DNA of 64,000 nucleotides from Bacteroidota bacterium (GTDB lineage Bacteria; Bacteroidota; Ignavibacteria; Palsa-1295): NCBI GenBank assembly GCA_018266755.1, contig JAFDZW010000001.1, positions 85,635 to 149,634 of the forward strand, read 5' to 3'. Shown piece by piece: positions 53,812 to 64,000 of this stretch (position 1 is its first letter; each line of letters starts with the position of its first letter). The notes under the pieces were generated by a model. It saw only the letters and a program-made list of their open reading frames with translations, ran no database searches and was not told where the DNA came from. The position numbers and the translations under genes were made by a program.

Positions 53812-54488
53812 GATCCGTCGTACTGCTCTCGGGCGGAATGGACTCGACATTGACGGCTGCGATTGCACGAGCCGAATCGGATGACGTTGCCGCGATTCAT
53901 TTCAACTACCGCCATCGCACCGAACGCCGCGAGCTCAAGGCATATCACGATGTATGCGATGCACTCGGCATCGAGAAGCGATTGGTGGTGGATGTGGAGA
54001 TTCTCCGGCGGATCGGCGGTTCGAGCCTGACCGATTCGTCGATCCCCGTAACGGCCGCTGACTTCGAATCGAAACATATTCCCAGTTCCTACGTGCCGTT
54101 TCGTAACGGCACGTTCCTTGCGATGGCAGCCGGCTGGGCAGAGACCATCGCTGCGGAGCGCATCTACATCGGAGCAGTGGAAGAGGACGGATCCGGCTAT
54201 CCGGATTGCCGAAAGATTTTCTTCGAAGCCTTCGAACAGGCAATTGCTCTGGGGACGAGACCCGAAACGAAGATTACGATCGTCACACCGCTTATCGCGA
54301 TGAAGAAATCCGATATTGTCCGTCGTTCGCTCGAGCTCGGTGCGCCGCTTGCTTCGACGTGGTCCTGTTATCAGTCGGAGGAACTGGCGTGCGGTGTTTG
54401 CGATTCGTGTGCACTTCGTCTGCGCGGCTTCGCACGAGCAGGTGCCGAGGATCCGATCCCGTACGCACAACGGCCCTCCTACGCATAG
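53808..54488 (+). CDS. queC: 7-cyano-7-deazaguanine synthase
   Basis: PP-loop [12 protein letters not shown] and a C-terminal zinc-binding Cys cluster [18 protein letters not shown]. Confidence 0.8.
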
Positions 54489-54492
54489 CTTC

Positions 54493-57204
54493 ATGAAGGC
54501 GGCAGCGACTCGACTCTTTCACGCCCTGGTTCCGATCTTGCTGGCGCTGGTCGCGTCCGATACCTGCGTGTTCGTCCATTCCGCCGCCGCACAACGAATC
54601 GCACTCGACTCAACTGCCGGCAAAAAGGCAGGGTTGGTACAGCCCAGAGCAAAGCGCCCGGGGTTCGATCTTCCGGACTCACTCTATCATGCAGTCGATT
54701 CTGTTAAAGGACAGATCGATACCATCATCTACTACACGGCACAGGATTCCGTCGTATTCAATGTCCCGAAGAAGACGGTGGTGATGATCGGGGATGCGAC
54801 GCTCGACTACGAGAACAAGAGTCTGCGCGCACACGGGATCATGGTCGATTTTCCTACCAACACCCTGACGGCGACAAGTTCGGCGGCGGATTCCGTCATT
54901 CAGTCGTCGATCGCGCATCAACGACGAATCCTCCGAGACACGGCTCGCATCAAGAGCAGAGGCGCTCCAAAACTTATGGATGGCAATACGCCGTATGAGG
55001 GGGAAATACTAACGTATAATCTTCAGACTCGCCAAGGCACCGTACAACTCGGTACAACGGAAATGCAGGGCGGGTTTTATTACGGCGAGAAGATCAAGCA
55101 GGTCGATCAAGGTGTCCTCTTTGTAAAAAACGGCAGATATACCACGTGCGACGCACCGACGCCGCACTTTTATTTTGAATCGCCGAAGATGAAAGTGATC
55201 AGCGGCGACCAAGTCTTTGCCGAACCGCTGTATCTCTACATCGCAGATGTGCCGATCTTTGCATTGCCGTTCGCTGTGTTCCCCGAACATGAGACGGGCA
55301 GACATTCCGGTCTGATCGTTCCGAACTACACCACACAGAACGCCCGTGGATTCGGCCTGACGCATTTGGGGTACTACGTGGTGTTCAGCGATTACATGGA
55401 TATCGCATTCCGGTCCGACCTCTATACCAAAGGTGGATATAATCTGGAGCTCGCGACTAACTACATGCAGCGCTATGTCCTCAATGCGCCGATCAACCTG
55501 ACACTTGCGTACGGCAAGGCCCGAAGCAATAGTGTCGATCCTTATACGGAAGCCTACCGACTGGACTTTTCCGTTCCGAACTTGATCATCGATCCGGTCA
55601 CTTCGCTGAACTCGAGTGTACACTTTCAGTCGCAGAACTTCCAGCGCTTCAACGCGACGAACCTAAATGATCTTCTCAACCAAAGCATCACTTCTCAGGC
55701 ATCGTTCTCGACATCGTTCGAGAAGCTAGGGGTGTCGTTGGGCGTCAATTACTCACGAAATCAGGACCTCATCACTGGCGAATACGGAGAGACCAGTCCC
55801 GACGTGAGCATTTCGCGTTCGACACCGATCTTTCTCTTCGGCAGCGTTGATAATCCCGAGGCTTCCTCCGGCCTCCTGCAAACCGTGGCACTGAACTTCG
55901 GACTTCGTCTCTTTCGATCTGTGCACAAGTCGCCGGTTCGCATCCCTGCAGACACAAGCCGTGGTATCGTCGGAGATACGTCGTTCGTGACGAAACAAAG
56001 CTACAGTGCATTGCTGAGCCCGTCGTTAACTATTTCTCCGAAGGTTGGGTATATTTCCTTCACTCCTTCCGTGAGTCTGAGTGAAGCATTCTTTATTCGT
56101 GACAAGATCAAGACGCCCCGGCTCGTCATTAATACCTACAATGGGAAAAGCGACACCACGGTAACCTTCGATCAGACGTACAAGTATGGCTTCTACGGTG
56201 CCGGCAATGTGAACTTCGGGCTTTCGGCAGCCACTACACTGTTCGGAATCCTCAACCTCGATGCGCTTGGCGTGAAGGCTATTCGCCATGCATTCCAACC
56301 CTCCATCTCGTTCAATTATCATCCGGACGTTTCGAAGCAGGCGTCGCGATATTATACCGACCCGATCACGGGCAAGGAGATCCGATACTCTCGGTTCGAG
56401 GACGACGGGAATGGTACGATTGCCGATGGCGGACGTTCAGGTACGGTATCGCTTTCGCTCGGCAATGACTTCGAAGCGAAGATCGAACACAAGATCTCGG
56501 CCGATTCGAGCTGGGAAGAGAAAGTGAAGCTGCTGAACTTGAGCGGGTCCAGTGGATACGATCTCATCCAGAAGCGCTGGAGTCCGGTCTCGGCCTCGGC
56601 GAATACGCAGATCGGCACGCTCTTTAGTTTGGGTGGCAATGCTTCATTCTCGCTCTACCCTGCGAATTACCTCGGCGGCGACTCGACCGGTGGACACACG
56701 TTCCGCATGACGAGTGCATCATTCCACATGGGCGGTGGCTTCTCGTCGAGTCAGACGACTTCCGGCGAGAATTACGATTCGTTGAAACGTCTTTTTCATC
56801 TGAACTCCCCAGATGAAGAACGCTCGATGTTTCTTGGCGGACAATATCAAGGAGCGTTTGTGTATGTGCCGTTTCGCCCCAAATGGAATCTGAGTTACGA
56901 TTTTTCATACACGCTTGGCTATGCCGGGCCGATCGTGTCGAAGAACTTCTCGGCGAATGCCCGGCTGTCGGTTTCGCTGACACAGAATTGGAGTTTGTCC
57001 TCCGGCATTGGGTATGATTTGCAATCGAAGCAGATCACGGTGCCCGATATTACTATTCATCGCGATCTGCATTGCTGGGAGTTGAATTTCGATTACCGCC
57101 CAGTCGGATACGTTCGCGGGTTTAACTTCGAAATCCGGCTGAAGGCACCGCAGCTTCAGGACATCAAGCTTACCCGTCAGGAGAGTACGTATGGCACGTT
57201 CTAA
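54493..57204 (+). CDS. Large outer-membrane beta-barrel protein with OstA-like N-terminal domain (putative LPS-assembly protein LptD)
   Basis: Start MKAAATRLFHALVPILLALVASDTCVFVHSAAAQ (signal peptide; ATG at 54493, internal to ORF 54316-57204). N-terminal OstA-like beta-jellyroll pattern (TIIYYTAQDSVVFNVPKKTVVMIGDATLDYENKSLRAHGIMVDF). About 700-aa beta-rich body ending in C-terminal Phe (...ESTYGTF). Confidence 0.5.
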   Translation: MKAAATRLFHALVPILLALVASDTCVFVHSAAAQRIALDSTAGKKAGLVQPRAKRPGFDLPDSLYHAVDSVKGQIDTIIYYTAQDSVVFNVPKKTVVMIGDATLDYENKSLRAHGIMVDFPTNTLTATSSAADSVIQSSIAHQRRILRDTARIKSRGAPKLMDGNTPYEGEILTYNLQTRQGTVQLGTTEMQGGFYYGEKIKQVDQGVLFVKNGRYTTCDAPTPHFYFESPKMKVISGDQVFAEPLYLYIADVPIFALPFAVFPEHETGRHSGLIVPNYTTQNARGFGLTHLGYYVVFSDYMDIAFRSDLYTKGGYNLELATNYMQRYVLNAPINLTLAYGKARSNSVDPYTEAYRLDFSVPNLIIDPVTSLNSSVHFQSQNFQRFNATNLNDLLNQSITSQASFSTSFEKLGVSLGVNYSRNQDLITGEYGETSPDVSISRSTPIFLFGSVDNPEASSGLLQTVALNFGLRLFRSVHKSPVRIPADTSRGIVGDTSFVTKQSYSALLSPSLTISPKVGYISFTPSVSLSEAFFIRDKIKTPRLVINTYNGKSDTTVTFDQTYKYGFYGAGNVNFGLSAATTLFGILNLDALGVKAIRHAFQPSISFNYHPDVSKQASRYYTDPITGKEIRYSRFEDDGNGTIADGGRSGTVSLSLGNDFEAKIEHKISADSSWEEKVKLLNLSGSSGYDLIQKRWSPVSASANTQIGTLFSLGGNASFSLYPANYLGGDSTGGHTFRMTSASFHMGGGFSSSQTTSGENYDSLKRLFHLNSPDEERSMFLGGQYQGAFVYVPFRPKWNLSYDFSYTLGYAGPIVSKNFSANARLSVSLTQNWSLSSGIGYDLQSKQITVPDITIHRDLHCWELNFDYRPVGYVRGFNFEIRLKAPQLQDIKLTRQESTYGTF

Positions 57205-58627
57205 GCCCGACGGTCTCCTGGAGCGTGTGCGGACGACGCTCGTCCGCTTCGGTGTATCGAAGGCTGATTCGATCGTGGTCGGTGTCAGCGGCGGGGTAGA
57301 TTCGATGACCCTGCTGCAGTTGCTTCATACTCTTAATAGTAAAGGAGTCTTCCGCCGTTTGGTAGTCGCGCATGTCGATCATGGGCTTCGCGGAGACGAA
57401 TCCGATGCCGACAGACAACTTGTATTACGAACTGCGATCAAGTACAAACTGGAGTGTTTTGTAGAGGCTGTGGATATTAACGCACGCGCCGCTTCCGCTG
57501 GCGTTGGGATTGAGGAAGCAGCACGCGACGAGCGCTATTCCTACTTCCGCGACATTGCAGAGCACGAGAAAATCGCATGGGTCGCAACAGCACATCATGG
57601 TGGTGACGTACTCGAAACCTTGCTCATGAATATTGTGCGTGGGACGGGCCTCAGAGGGCTTGCCGGCATGCCCGCAAACAGGCCACTCTCGTCGAGCGTC
57701 ACTCTTATTCGCCCGTTGCTCGGTGCGACGCGGGACGAGATTACCGTGTATGCGCGCAAACACCGCATTCGGTGGCGTGAGGATAGCAGCAATAGCTCCG
57801 ACGTATTTACTCGCAATCGCATCCGTCATCGTGTGATCCCGGAATTGGAAAAGGCCATGCCGGGGCGTGATCTTGACGAGGCCGTTCGTCGGCTGACGAC
57901 TTCAAGTACGGAGGTATTGGATTTCCTGCGTCAGTGCGCGGATGAACTCGGACGCAACGCCACGATCAAAACAGAGCCCACATTTTTCGTTTCGAATCGA
58001 GCGACCGCGTTCCGGTTGGATGTCTTGCGCAACACATCGCCGGTAGTGGTTCGCGAACTTCTGATCGATGTCTTCGCGCGTATGCGCCAACCCGCGTTTG
58101 TGCCTGATACCCGCACTTGGAATAGAATCTGGGCAATGATCCAACAGGGGAAGCCGGCAGCGTTGCAGATCACTGCCGGTCTGAGGCTCTCGCAACGCGA
58201 CAATATTCTCCTACTCGAACCGTCTATTAAAGCAGTACCGCTTCAGGCAACTCTGGCGATTGGCGAGACACTGACGACTGAGATCGGCACACTTTCGCTT
58301 CGTCGTACCAGGCGCTCGGCAACGGTCACAGACCCAAACCGATGTATGTTGCCGGCTACATTGGTGCAAAAAAACGGCTTGTCGGTGCGAATCTGGAAGC
58401 CTGCGGACCGCATCAAACCGTTCGGGATGAAGGGAAGCAAGCTCGTCAGTGATCTGCTTTCCGAGGCAGGGGTGAAGACCGAAGCTCAAAAACGTCGCTT
58501 TCCGCTCGTTGTGCTCGCCCACGACCCAAATATAGTAGTCTGGGTGCCTGGGATTCGGGCGTCGGAGATCTGCCGTATCGCCGGCCGCGCCGAAACAGCC
58601 GTACTATTAGAACGTAAACTTTCGTAG
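57191..58627 (+). CDS. tilS: tRNA(Ile)-lysidine synthetase
   Basis: PP-loop IVVGVSGGVDSMTLLQLL and the C-terminal TilS substrate-binding region. 14-nt overlap with the upstream gene. Confidence 0.75.
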   Translation: MARSKPDGLLERVRTTLVRFGVSKADSIVVGVSGGVDSMTLLQLLHTLNSKGVFRRLVVAHVDHGLRGDESDADRQLVLRTAIKYKLECFVEAVDINARAASAGVGIEEAARDERYSYFRDIAEHEKIAWVATAHHGGDVLETLLMNIVRGTGLRGLAGMPANRPLSSSVTLIRPLLGATRDEITVYARKHRIRWREDSSNSSDVFTRNRIRHRVIPELEKAMPGRDLDEAVRRLTTSSTEVLDFLRQCADELGRNATIKTEPTFFVSNRATAFRLDVLRNTSPVVVRELLIDVFARMRQPAFVPDTRTWNRIWAMIQQGKPAALQITAGLRLSQRDNILLLEPSIKAVPLQATLAIGETLTTEIGTLSLRRTRRSATVTDPNRCMLPATLVQKNGLSVRIWKPADRIKPFGMKGSKLVSDLLSEAGVKTEAQKRRFPLVVLAHDPNIVVWVPGIRASEICRIAGRAETAVLLERKLS

Positions 58628-58673
58628 ACGCTACGAACCGAGCTATCGGGGCGGGTGTTTTCAAAAACCAAGT

Positions 58674-60791
58674 ATGCTAAACAAGTTGAATATGGCAGAC
58701 CGCTCCGGAGGCGACTCCGAGGAGCGTCCCTCCAGCCGCGGAAACGGTCCGGGTCGTGGTCGCATGACCCCGCCAAGCGGCCCCGGTGGCAAAGGCGGAC
58801 CGGATATGAACAATCGCCAGCACATGATCCGTACGATTGCGTTGTGGGTCGTGATGATTACAGGTGCGTCGCTCATCATGCTCGTTGCCCGTGGTGGGAG
58901 CGACCCTGACGAGGTCGAGGTATCGAATACGTACTACCAAAAGCTTCTCGCCGACGGCAAGTTCGAATCGGGCACGATCGAGCAATACGATCAGAATGCA
59001 TTCCGATTCCACGGTGTCTTCAAGCAGACCGAGTCTATCCCGGGGAAGGATAATACAGTTCTTCACACGAAGAAAATCGTCACCAATCTTATCCCTGAGA
59101 CCATCGCAGAGCAGAATAAGGTCTGGATCGACAAAGGGCTCGTTATCAGAAAGGTAGATAGCAAGGGTACATGGGTAGATTCGCTGATCGCGATCCTCCC
59201 GTGGATCATTAGTTTCTATATCGTCTTCCTGATCATGCGCCGCATGCAGAACCAGGGAATGAACGGTCCGAAGGGCTTATTCTCGTTCGGCAAATCACGA
59301 GCGCGCATGTCGGATGAAAAGTCGCCGCGTGTGACATTCGTCGATGTGGCCGGTTGTGACGAGGCCAAAGTAGAGTTACAGGAGATTATCGAATTCCTAA
59401 AAGAGCCGGGTAAATTCCAGCGCCTCGGCGGTAAGATTCCGCGTGGTGTGCTGCTCCTCGGCCCTCCCGGAACAGGCAAGACCTTGCTTGCACGTGCCGT
59501 AGCCGGCGAAGCAGGTGTGCCGTTCCTTTCGATCTCAGGTGCTGATTTTGTCGAGATGTTCGTCGGCGTGGGCGCTTCGCGCGTTCGCGATCTGTTCGAG
59601 CAGGCAAAAAAGAATGCTCCGTGTATCGTGTTCATCGACGAGATCGATGCCGTTGGTCGTCATCGCGGTGCAGGGCTTGGTGGCGGACACGACGAGCGCG
59701 AGCAGACGCTCAATCAGTTGCTCGTTGAAATGGACGGGTTCGAACAAAATAGCGGCGTCATTATTGTCGCTGCCACGAATCGTCCCGATGTGCTCGATCC
59801 CGCATTGCTGCGCCCGGGCCGTTTTGATCGTCAGGTCGTTGTCGATCGTCCGGACATTCGAGGTCGCGAAGGTATCTTGAAAGTGCACACCAAGAAGGTG
59901 CCGCTTTCAAGCAACGTCGATTTACTGATTATCGCGAAAGGTACCCCCGGTTTTTCTGGTGCGGATCTTGCAAATCTCGTGAATGAGGCAGCGTTGTTGG
60001 CCGCACGTCATAATGCCGATCGTGTCTCGATGAACGATTTCGAGGATGCGAAGGACAAGGTGATGATGGGACTCGAACGCAAGTCGGCCGTCATCAACGA
60101 GGAAGAGAGGAAAGTTACGGCGTATCATGAGAGCGGACACGTCATCGTCGCAAAGAAGATGCCGGAGGCCGATCCGGTACATAAAGTGACGATCATCCCA
60201 CGCGGTCGTGCGCTTGGCGTCACCAGCTATTTGCCGGTTGACGAAAAGCATACCTATTCGAGAGAATATCTCGAGTCGGTCATTGCATACGCACTGGGCG
60301 GTCGTGCGGCAGAAAAGATCGTGTTCAACCGCATCACCACCGGTGCCGGCAACGACATCGAACGTGCTACCGACCTTGCTCGCAAAATGGTGTGCGATTG
60401 GGGCATGAGCGAAAAGCTCGGGCCGTTGAAATACGGACGTGGCGAACACGAGGTATTCCTTGGTCGTGATATGTCGTCGGAGAAGACGTATTCCGATACG
60501 ACCGGTCGTATTATCGACGAAGAGATCCGACGGATTGTCGAAGAAGGGATGCAACGTGCAGAGACGATTCTGCGCGAGGAGCATGCAATCCTTGACCGCA
60601 TGGCGCAGGAATTGCTCATTCGTGAGACCCTGAATCAAGAAGAAATCGACCGGATCATGAACGGACACGAGCTCGCTCCGTATGAGAAAAAGGTCGAGCC
60701 GCAGAAACCGGAGAAGAAATTCACCATCGCAGACAATGTGAAGGTACCACCGCTCGGTGATCTTGGCGGGATTGCGCCGATGCCTGCATAA
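58674..60791 (+). CDS. ftsH: ATP-dependent zinc metalloprotease FtsH
   Basis: Two N-terminal transmembrane helices, AAA+ Walker [22 protein letters not shown], Walker [14 protein letters not shown], and zinc motif HESGHVIV. Alternative start at 58692 (MADRSGG) is possible. Confidence 0.85.
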   Translation: MLNKLNMADRSGGDSEERPSSRGNGPGRGRMTPPSGPGGKGGPDMNNRQHMIRTIALWVVMITGASLIMLVARGGSDPDEVEVSNTYYQKLLADGKFESGTIEQYDQNAFRFHGVFKQTESIPGKDNTVLHTKKIVTNLIPETIAEQNKVWIDKGLVIRKVDSKGTWVDSLIAILPWIISFYIVFLIMRRMQNQGMNGPKGLFSFGKSRARMSDEKSPRVTFVDVAGCDEAKVELQEIIEFLKEPGKFQRLGGKIPRGVLLLGPPGTGKTLLARAVAGEAGVPFLSISGADFVEMFVGVGASRVRDLFEQAKKNAPCIVFIDEIDAVGRHRGAGLGGGHDEREQTLNQLLVEMDGFEQNSGVIIVAATNRPDVLDPALLRPGRFDRQVVVDRPDIRGREGILKVHTKKVPLSSNVDLLIIAKGTPGFSGADLANLVNEAALLAARHNADRVSMNDFEDAKDKVMMGLERKSAVINEEERKVTAYHESGHVIVAKKMPEADPVHKVTIIPRGRALGVTSYLPVDEKHTYSREYLESVIAYALGGRAAEKIVFNRITTGAGNDIERATDLARKMVCDWGMSEKLGPLKYGRGEHEVFLGRDMSSEKTYSDTTGRIIDEEIRRIVEEGMQRAETILREEHAILDRMAQELLIRETLNQEEIDRIMNGHELAPYEKKVEPQKPEKKFTIADNVKVPPLGDLGGIAPMPA

Positions 60792-60817
60792 GAGTTTGCA
60801 CCGCTTTTGTCTAAGAA

Positions 60818-60840
60818 GGCCCCGTTTCGGGGCCTTTTCT
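60818..60840 (+). terminator. Rho-independent terminator after ftsH
   Basis: GGCCCCG-TTT-CGGGGCC hairpin followed by TTTTCT. Confidence 0.6.
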
Positions 60841-60972
60841 GCATCTATACCCCTCCTCCCCAGAATCCCACGGCAAACAAATGTCACTGGAATTGCGGAA
60901 TAAAGCAATAACATGCGTATTTCTGCAAAATTATGCAACTTCTCGCAATTTTATGCGTTATCATTCCTACCA

Positions 60973-61998
60973 ATGCAAACGACACCGGCCATCACTGTAT
61001 CTGTCATCGGCGCGTCAGGCTATAGCGGCCTCGAACTCGTTCGAATCTTAGCCAGGCATCCGCAGGTACGGATCGGCTCGCTCATTGCTCAGTCAACGGT
61101 GGGCAAGAAGTTCAGCGACCTTTCCCTAGTCCCGGGCTTCGATGCACCGTTCGTTGCATTCACACCGGACGCTGTCGCCGGGAGCGATCTCGTGTTCGTT
61201 GCCTTGCCTTCGGGCGAGGCGCTCGACATCATTCCGACCCTCGTCGCCTCGGGTGCGAAGGTAATCGATCTCGGCGGCGACTTCCGTCTGCGTAACACAA
61301 CTGAGTATTCGACCTTCTATAAGCGTGAGCATTCAGCTGTAGAATTGCTCGCAACGTCGGTATATGGATTGCCGGAGTGGAACAAGGCGGCGATTCGGAA
61401 TGCCTCGTTCATTGCAAACCCCGGCTGTTATGCGACAAGCATCGCACTGCCGTTATTGCCGCTCGTAAAGGATACGCAGATTGCGAATTCGAACGTCATG
61501 ATCAGCTCACTCAGCGGCGTCTCGGGGGCTGGCAAAAAGAGTGCGTTCGAATACAGCTTTACGGAGATCAACGATTCGGTGCAGGCGTATCGCACCGGCG
61601 GTACGCATCAACACATTCCGGAAGTGCGTCAGGCATTGCGCGAGATTGCCGGCGGAGACATCTCGTTTTCGTTTGTACCGCATCTTGCACCGATCACGCG
61701 CGGAATTCACACGACGATTATGGCGCCGCTCGCAAGTGGTGCGACAGCGGAGAGCGTTGCCGAGTCATTCGCCGCTGCCTATGCCGATGCGCCGTTCGTC
61801 TCGCTGATCGGCTCTGCGGCCCCGGCACTCAAGCGGGTACAACAGACGAACATGATCGAGATCGGCTGGAGTATCGATCGCGACGCGAATACGCTCGCAG
61901 TCTTTGCGACGATAGACAATTTGCTCAAGGGTGCTGCCGGACAAGCAGTGCAGAATATGAATATTATGTGCGGGTTCGACGAAACCACCGCGCTGTAA
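60973..61998 (+). CDS. argC: N-acetyl-gamma-glutamyl-phosphate reductase
   Basis: Start MQTTPAITVSVIGASGYSGLELVRIL (internal Met of ORF 60913-61998). Active-site region IANPGCYATS. Confidence 0.8.
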   Translation: MQTTPAITVSVIGASGYSGLELVRILARHPQVRIGSLIAQSTVGKKFSDLSLVPGFDAPFVAFTPDAVAGSDLVFVALPSGEALDIIPTLVASGAKVIDLGGDFRLRNTTEYSTFYKREHSAVELLATSVYGLPEWNKAAIRNASFIANPGCYATSIALPLLPLVKDTQIANSNVMISSLSGVSGAGKKSAFEYSFTEINDSVQAYRTGGTHQHIPEVRQALREIAGGDISFSFVPHLAPITRGIHTTIMAPLASGATAESVAESFAAAYADAPFVSLIGSAAPALKRVQQTNMIEIGWSIDRDANTLAVFATIDNLLKGAAGQAVQNMNIMCGFDETTAL

Positions 61999-62011
61999 TG
62001 GAAGGACAGGA

Positions 62012-63220
62012 ATGATCACGGTTGTACACGATGAAGGGGTAACATTTGCGAAGGGCTTCGATGCCGGTGGAATCTATTGTGGTATTCGCAAAAAGAAGAA
62101 AGATCTGGCAATCATTCGCTCGGCGACGCCGGCAACGGTTGCCGCAGTGTTTACACAGAACCGCACGATCGCTGCCCCAGTCGTCGTCTCGAAACGTACA
62201 TTTCTCAATGGCAAGCGATGCAGTGCGATCGTCGTCAATAGCGGGAATGCGAATGCATGTACCGGCGAGATCGGGATGGAGCACGCCGAACGGATGGTCA
62301 ATGCGACGGCTGCGTCGCTTGGAATTGCGGCGAACGAGATCATCGTCGCTTCGACCGGCGTGATCGGACAATACCTTCCGATCGAGAAGATCGAACTCGG
62401 AATTCAGCAGCTATCGACACAGCTCTTCGCCAACGGCAGCAGCGATGCGGCAGAGGCAATCATGACTACCGATACGTTTGCAAAATCCTATGCTGTCCGC
62501 TTCGAGATCGGCGGCAAGGAAGTGCGCATCGGCGGCATTGCCAAAGGCTCGGGCATGATCGAGCCGAACATGGCCACCATGCTCGCATTTCTCACGACCG
62601 ACGCCCAGATCGAGCAAGAACTGCTGCAGCGTGCATTTTATACCGCTGTCGGCCGGTCGTTCAATCGCATTAGCGTTGATGGCGATACGAGCACCAACGA
62701 TATGGCAACCATCCTTGCCAATGGTGCGAGCGGCGCGCCGGCAATTGTTGCAGGGACACCGGAGTACGAACTGTTCAAGACCGCACTGACGCAGGTCACG
62801 ACCGAACTCGCAAAAATGATCGCACGCGACGGCGAGGGAGCGACGAAGCTGATCGAGATCGAGGTTGCCGGTGCTGAATCGGAGGACGAAGCGCTCAAGG
62901 TAGCGCGTTCGGTTGCCAACTCGAATCTTGTGAAGACAGCGATCCACGGCGAAGACCCGAATTGGGGCCGCGTAATCGCTGCGATCGGATACTCCGGAGT
63001 CGACATCGATCCGCAGTTTGTCGAGCTCTCGCTCAATACGCATCCGGTGCTTCGCAGGCAGTATCAGATCGTGATCGACGAACCGGTCGTGCAAAAGAGT
63101 CTGAAATCGGCTGATGTGTTGCTCTCGATCGATCTCGGTCGCGGCTCGAAGACCGCTCGGTTCTGGACGTGCGACCTGACGCGCGACTACATTTCCATCA
63201 ATGCAAGCTATCGCTCCTAA
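62012..63220 (+). CDS. argJ: Bifunctional glutamate N-acetyltransferase / amino-acid acetyltransferase
   Basis: ArgJ autoproteolytic site context PNMATMLAFLTTDA and overall 402-aa ArgJ layout. The antisense ORF 62411-63238(-) is rejected. Confidence 0.8.
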   Translation: MITVVHDEGVTFAKGFDAGGIYCGIRKKKKDLAIIRSATPATVAAVFTQNRTIAAPVVVSKRTFLNGKRCSAIVVNSGNANACTGEIGMEHAERMVNATAASLGIAANEIIVASTGVIGQYLPIEKIELGIQQLSTQLFANGSSDAAEAIMTTDTFAKSYAVRFEIGGKEVRIGGIAKGSGMIEPNMATMLAFLTTDAQIEQELLQRAFYTAVGRSFNRISVDGDTSTNDMATILANGASGAPAIVAGTPEYELFKTALTQVTTELAKMIARDGEGATKLIEIEVAGAESEDEALKVARSVANSNLVKTAIHGEDPNWGRVIAAIGYSGVDIDPQFVELSLNTHPVLRRQYQIVIDEPVVQKSLKSADVLLSIDLGRGSKTARFWTCDLTRDYISINASYRS

Positions 63221-63224
63221 GACC

Positions 63225-64000
63225 ATGACGAACGACAAGCACCTTTCGAAAGAAGAGACCCTGATCGAAGCGTTGCCGTATATCCAGCGCTACGAGGGGA
63301 AGACATTCGTTGTCAAGTACGGTGGTGCGGCGATGACCGATGCGAAAGTCCGCGAAGGCTTCGCGCGCGACGTGACATTACTCCAGAAGATCGGGATCCG
63401 TATTGTGCTCGTGCATGGTGGAGGTCCGGGCATTACCGAGCTCGAGCAACGTCTCGGTACGAAGTCCACGTTTGTCAACGGGCTCCGTTATACGGATACT
63501 GAGACGATGCGCTCGGTACTGATGTCGCTGGCGGGTTTGACGAACAAAGAACTGGTGCACCAGCTCATTCTCTGCGGTGCAAATGCACTCGGGCTTTCCG
63601 GTATCGATAGCGCACTACTCGTGGCAAAAAAACAACGCGCAAACGGGGCCGATCTTGGTCTCGTGGGGACGGTCAGCCATGTCAATACCACGATCATCGA
63701 AGATCTTCTTGCGAAGAAGATCATTCCGGTGATCGCTCCGGTGGCATACGGCACCGAAGGGGAAGTGCTGAATGTGAACGCCGATGAAGCAGCGGCAGCG
63801 ATTGCTGGTGCACTCGGCGCGGAGAAGCTGTTCTTCATTAGCGATACGGACGGCGTGCTTGTCGGCGGCGAGCTGGTGCCGACGTTGACGCGCAGCCGCA
63901 CGGAACAACTCATCAAGACCGGGGTAATCACCAAAGGAATGATCCCGAAGGTGCATTCCGGTTTTCACGCGCTCGATGCGGGTGTGAAGAAGGTGCACAT
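63225..64000 (+). CDS. argB: Acetylglutamate kinase (N-terminal ~258 codons; continues past window end)
   Basis: ATG at 63225. MTNDKHLSKEETLIEALPYIQRYEGKTFVVKYGGAAM...LVHGGGP... are canonical ArgB motifs. No stop before 64000, so it is absent from the ORF track. Confidence 0.8.
   Translation, partial: MTNDKHLSKEETLIEALPYIQRYEGKTFVVKYGGAAMTDAKVREGFARDVTLLQKIGIRIVLVHGGGPGITELEQRLGTKSTFVNGLRYTDTETMRSVLMSLAGLTNKELVHQLILCGANALGLSGIDSALLVAKKQRANGADLGLVGTVSHVNTTIIEDLLAKKIIPVIAPVAYGTEGEVLNVNADEAAAAIAGALGAEKLFFISDTDGVLVGGELVPTLTRSRTEQLIKTGVITKGMIPKVHSGFHALDAGVKKVH

Noticed and set aside
53790-54494. 234-aa minus-strand ORF across queC
   Set aside because: It is antisense to the QueC PP-loop protein.
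59922-60938. 338-aa minus-strand ORF across the 3' half of ftsH
   Set aside because: It is antisense to FtsH, which has the AAA+ and HExxH motifs.
62411-63238. 275-aa minus-strand ORF across argJ
   Set aside because: It is antisense to ArgJ, which has the ATML autoprocessing site.

Overview
The window is a 64-kb stretch from a moderately GC-rich (roughly 55-60%) bacterium of the Fibrobacteres-Chlorobi-Bacteroidetes (FCB) group; this placement rests on several proteins carrying Por/type IX secretion (T9SS) C-terminal sorting domains, twin-arginine (Tat) signal peptides and Bacteroidota-style lipoproteins. Roughly two thirds is housekeeping backbone: a czcCBA-like RND efflux operon (truncated at position 1), lipB, a TetR-paaABCD phenylacetate cluster with thiolase and 3-hydroxyacyl-CoA dehydrogenase, lgt, dut, fbp, HIT-queE-queF-queD-queC, an LptD-like outer-membrane protein, tilS, ftsH and argC-argJ-argB (argB runs past 64000). 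The accessory content is in three places. (1) A region of about 12 kb between two inward-facing tRNA-Ser genes (5363-17469) holds an AT-rich cassette of three paralogous small secreted proteins that all end in the tail IVVVDTLEMN and flank a 509-aa helical-repeat protein, a Tat-exported flavin amine oxidase, LiaF-like membrane proteins, a block of palindromic tandem and direct repeats, a hicB-hicA toxin-antitoxin pair, a secreted beta-barrel protein and a roughly 1000-aa single-chain type IIG (MmeI/PglX-like) restriction-modification enzyme. (2) A set of T9SS cargo genes: DUF1501/DUF1800 with a Tat signal plus a T9SS C-terminal domain, a BNR-propeller protein and choice-of-anchor-D proteins. 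(3) A single-gene fusion of a SLOG nucleotide-sensor domain to a multi-pass SLATT-like membrane effector (43099-44838), convergent with an overlapping four-gene operon of ECF sigma, membrane FN3 anti-sigma-like protein, secreted TPR-CHAT caspase-like protease and a coiled-coil protein. Four tRNAs (Ser-GGA, Ser-GCT, Gly-CCC, Pro-CGG) and a terminator-flanked candidate small RNA are present. The strongest candidates for undescribed biology are the SLOG-SLATT protein, the conserved-tail small-protein/TPR cassette and the ECF-CHAT operon. All calls come from reading the sequence and translations only; no database searches were run, and manually derived coordinates may be off by 1-2 nt.
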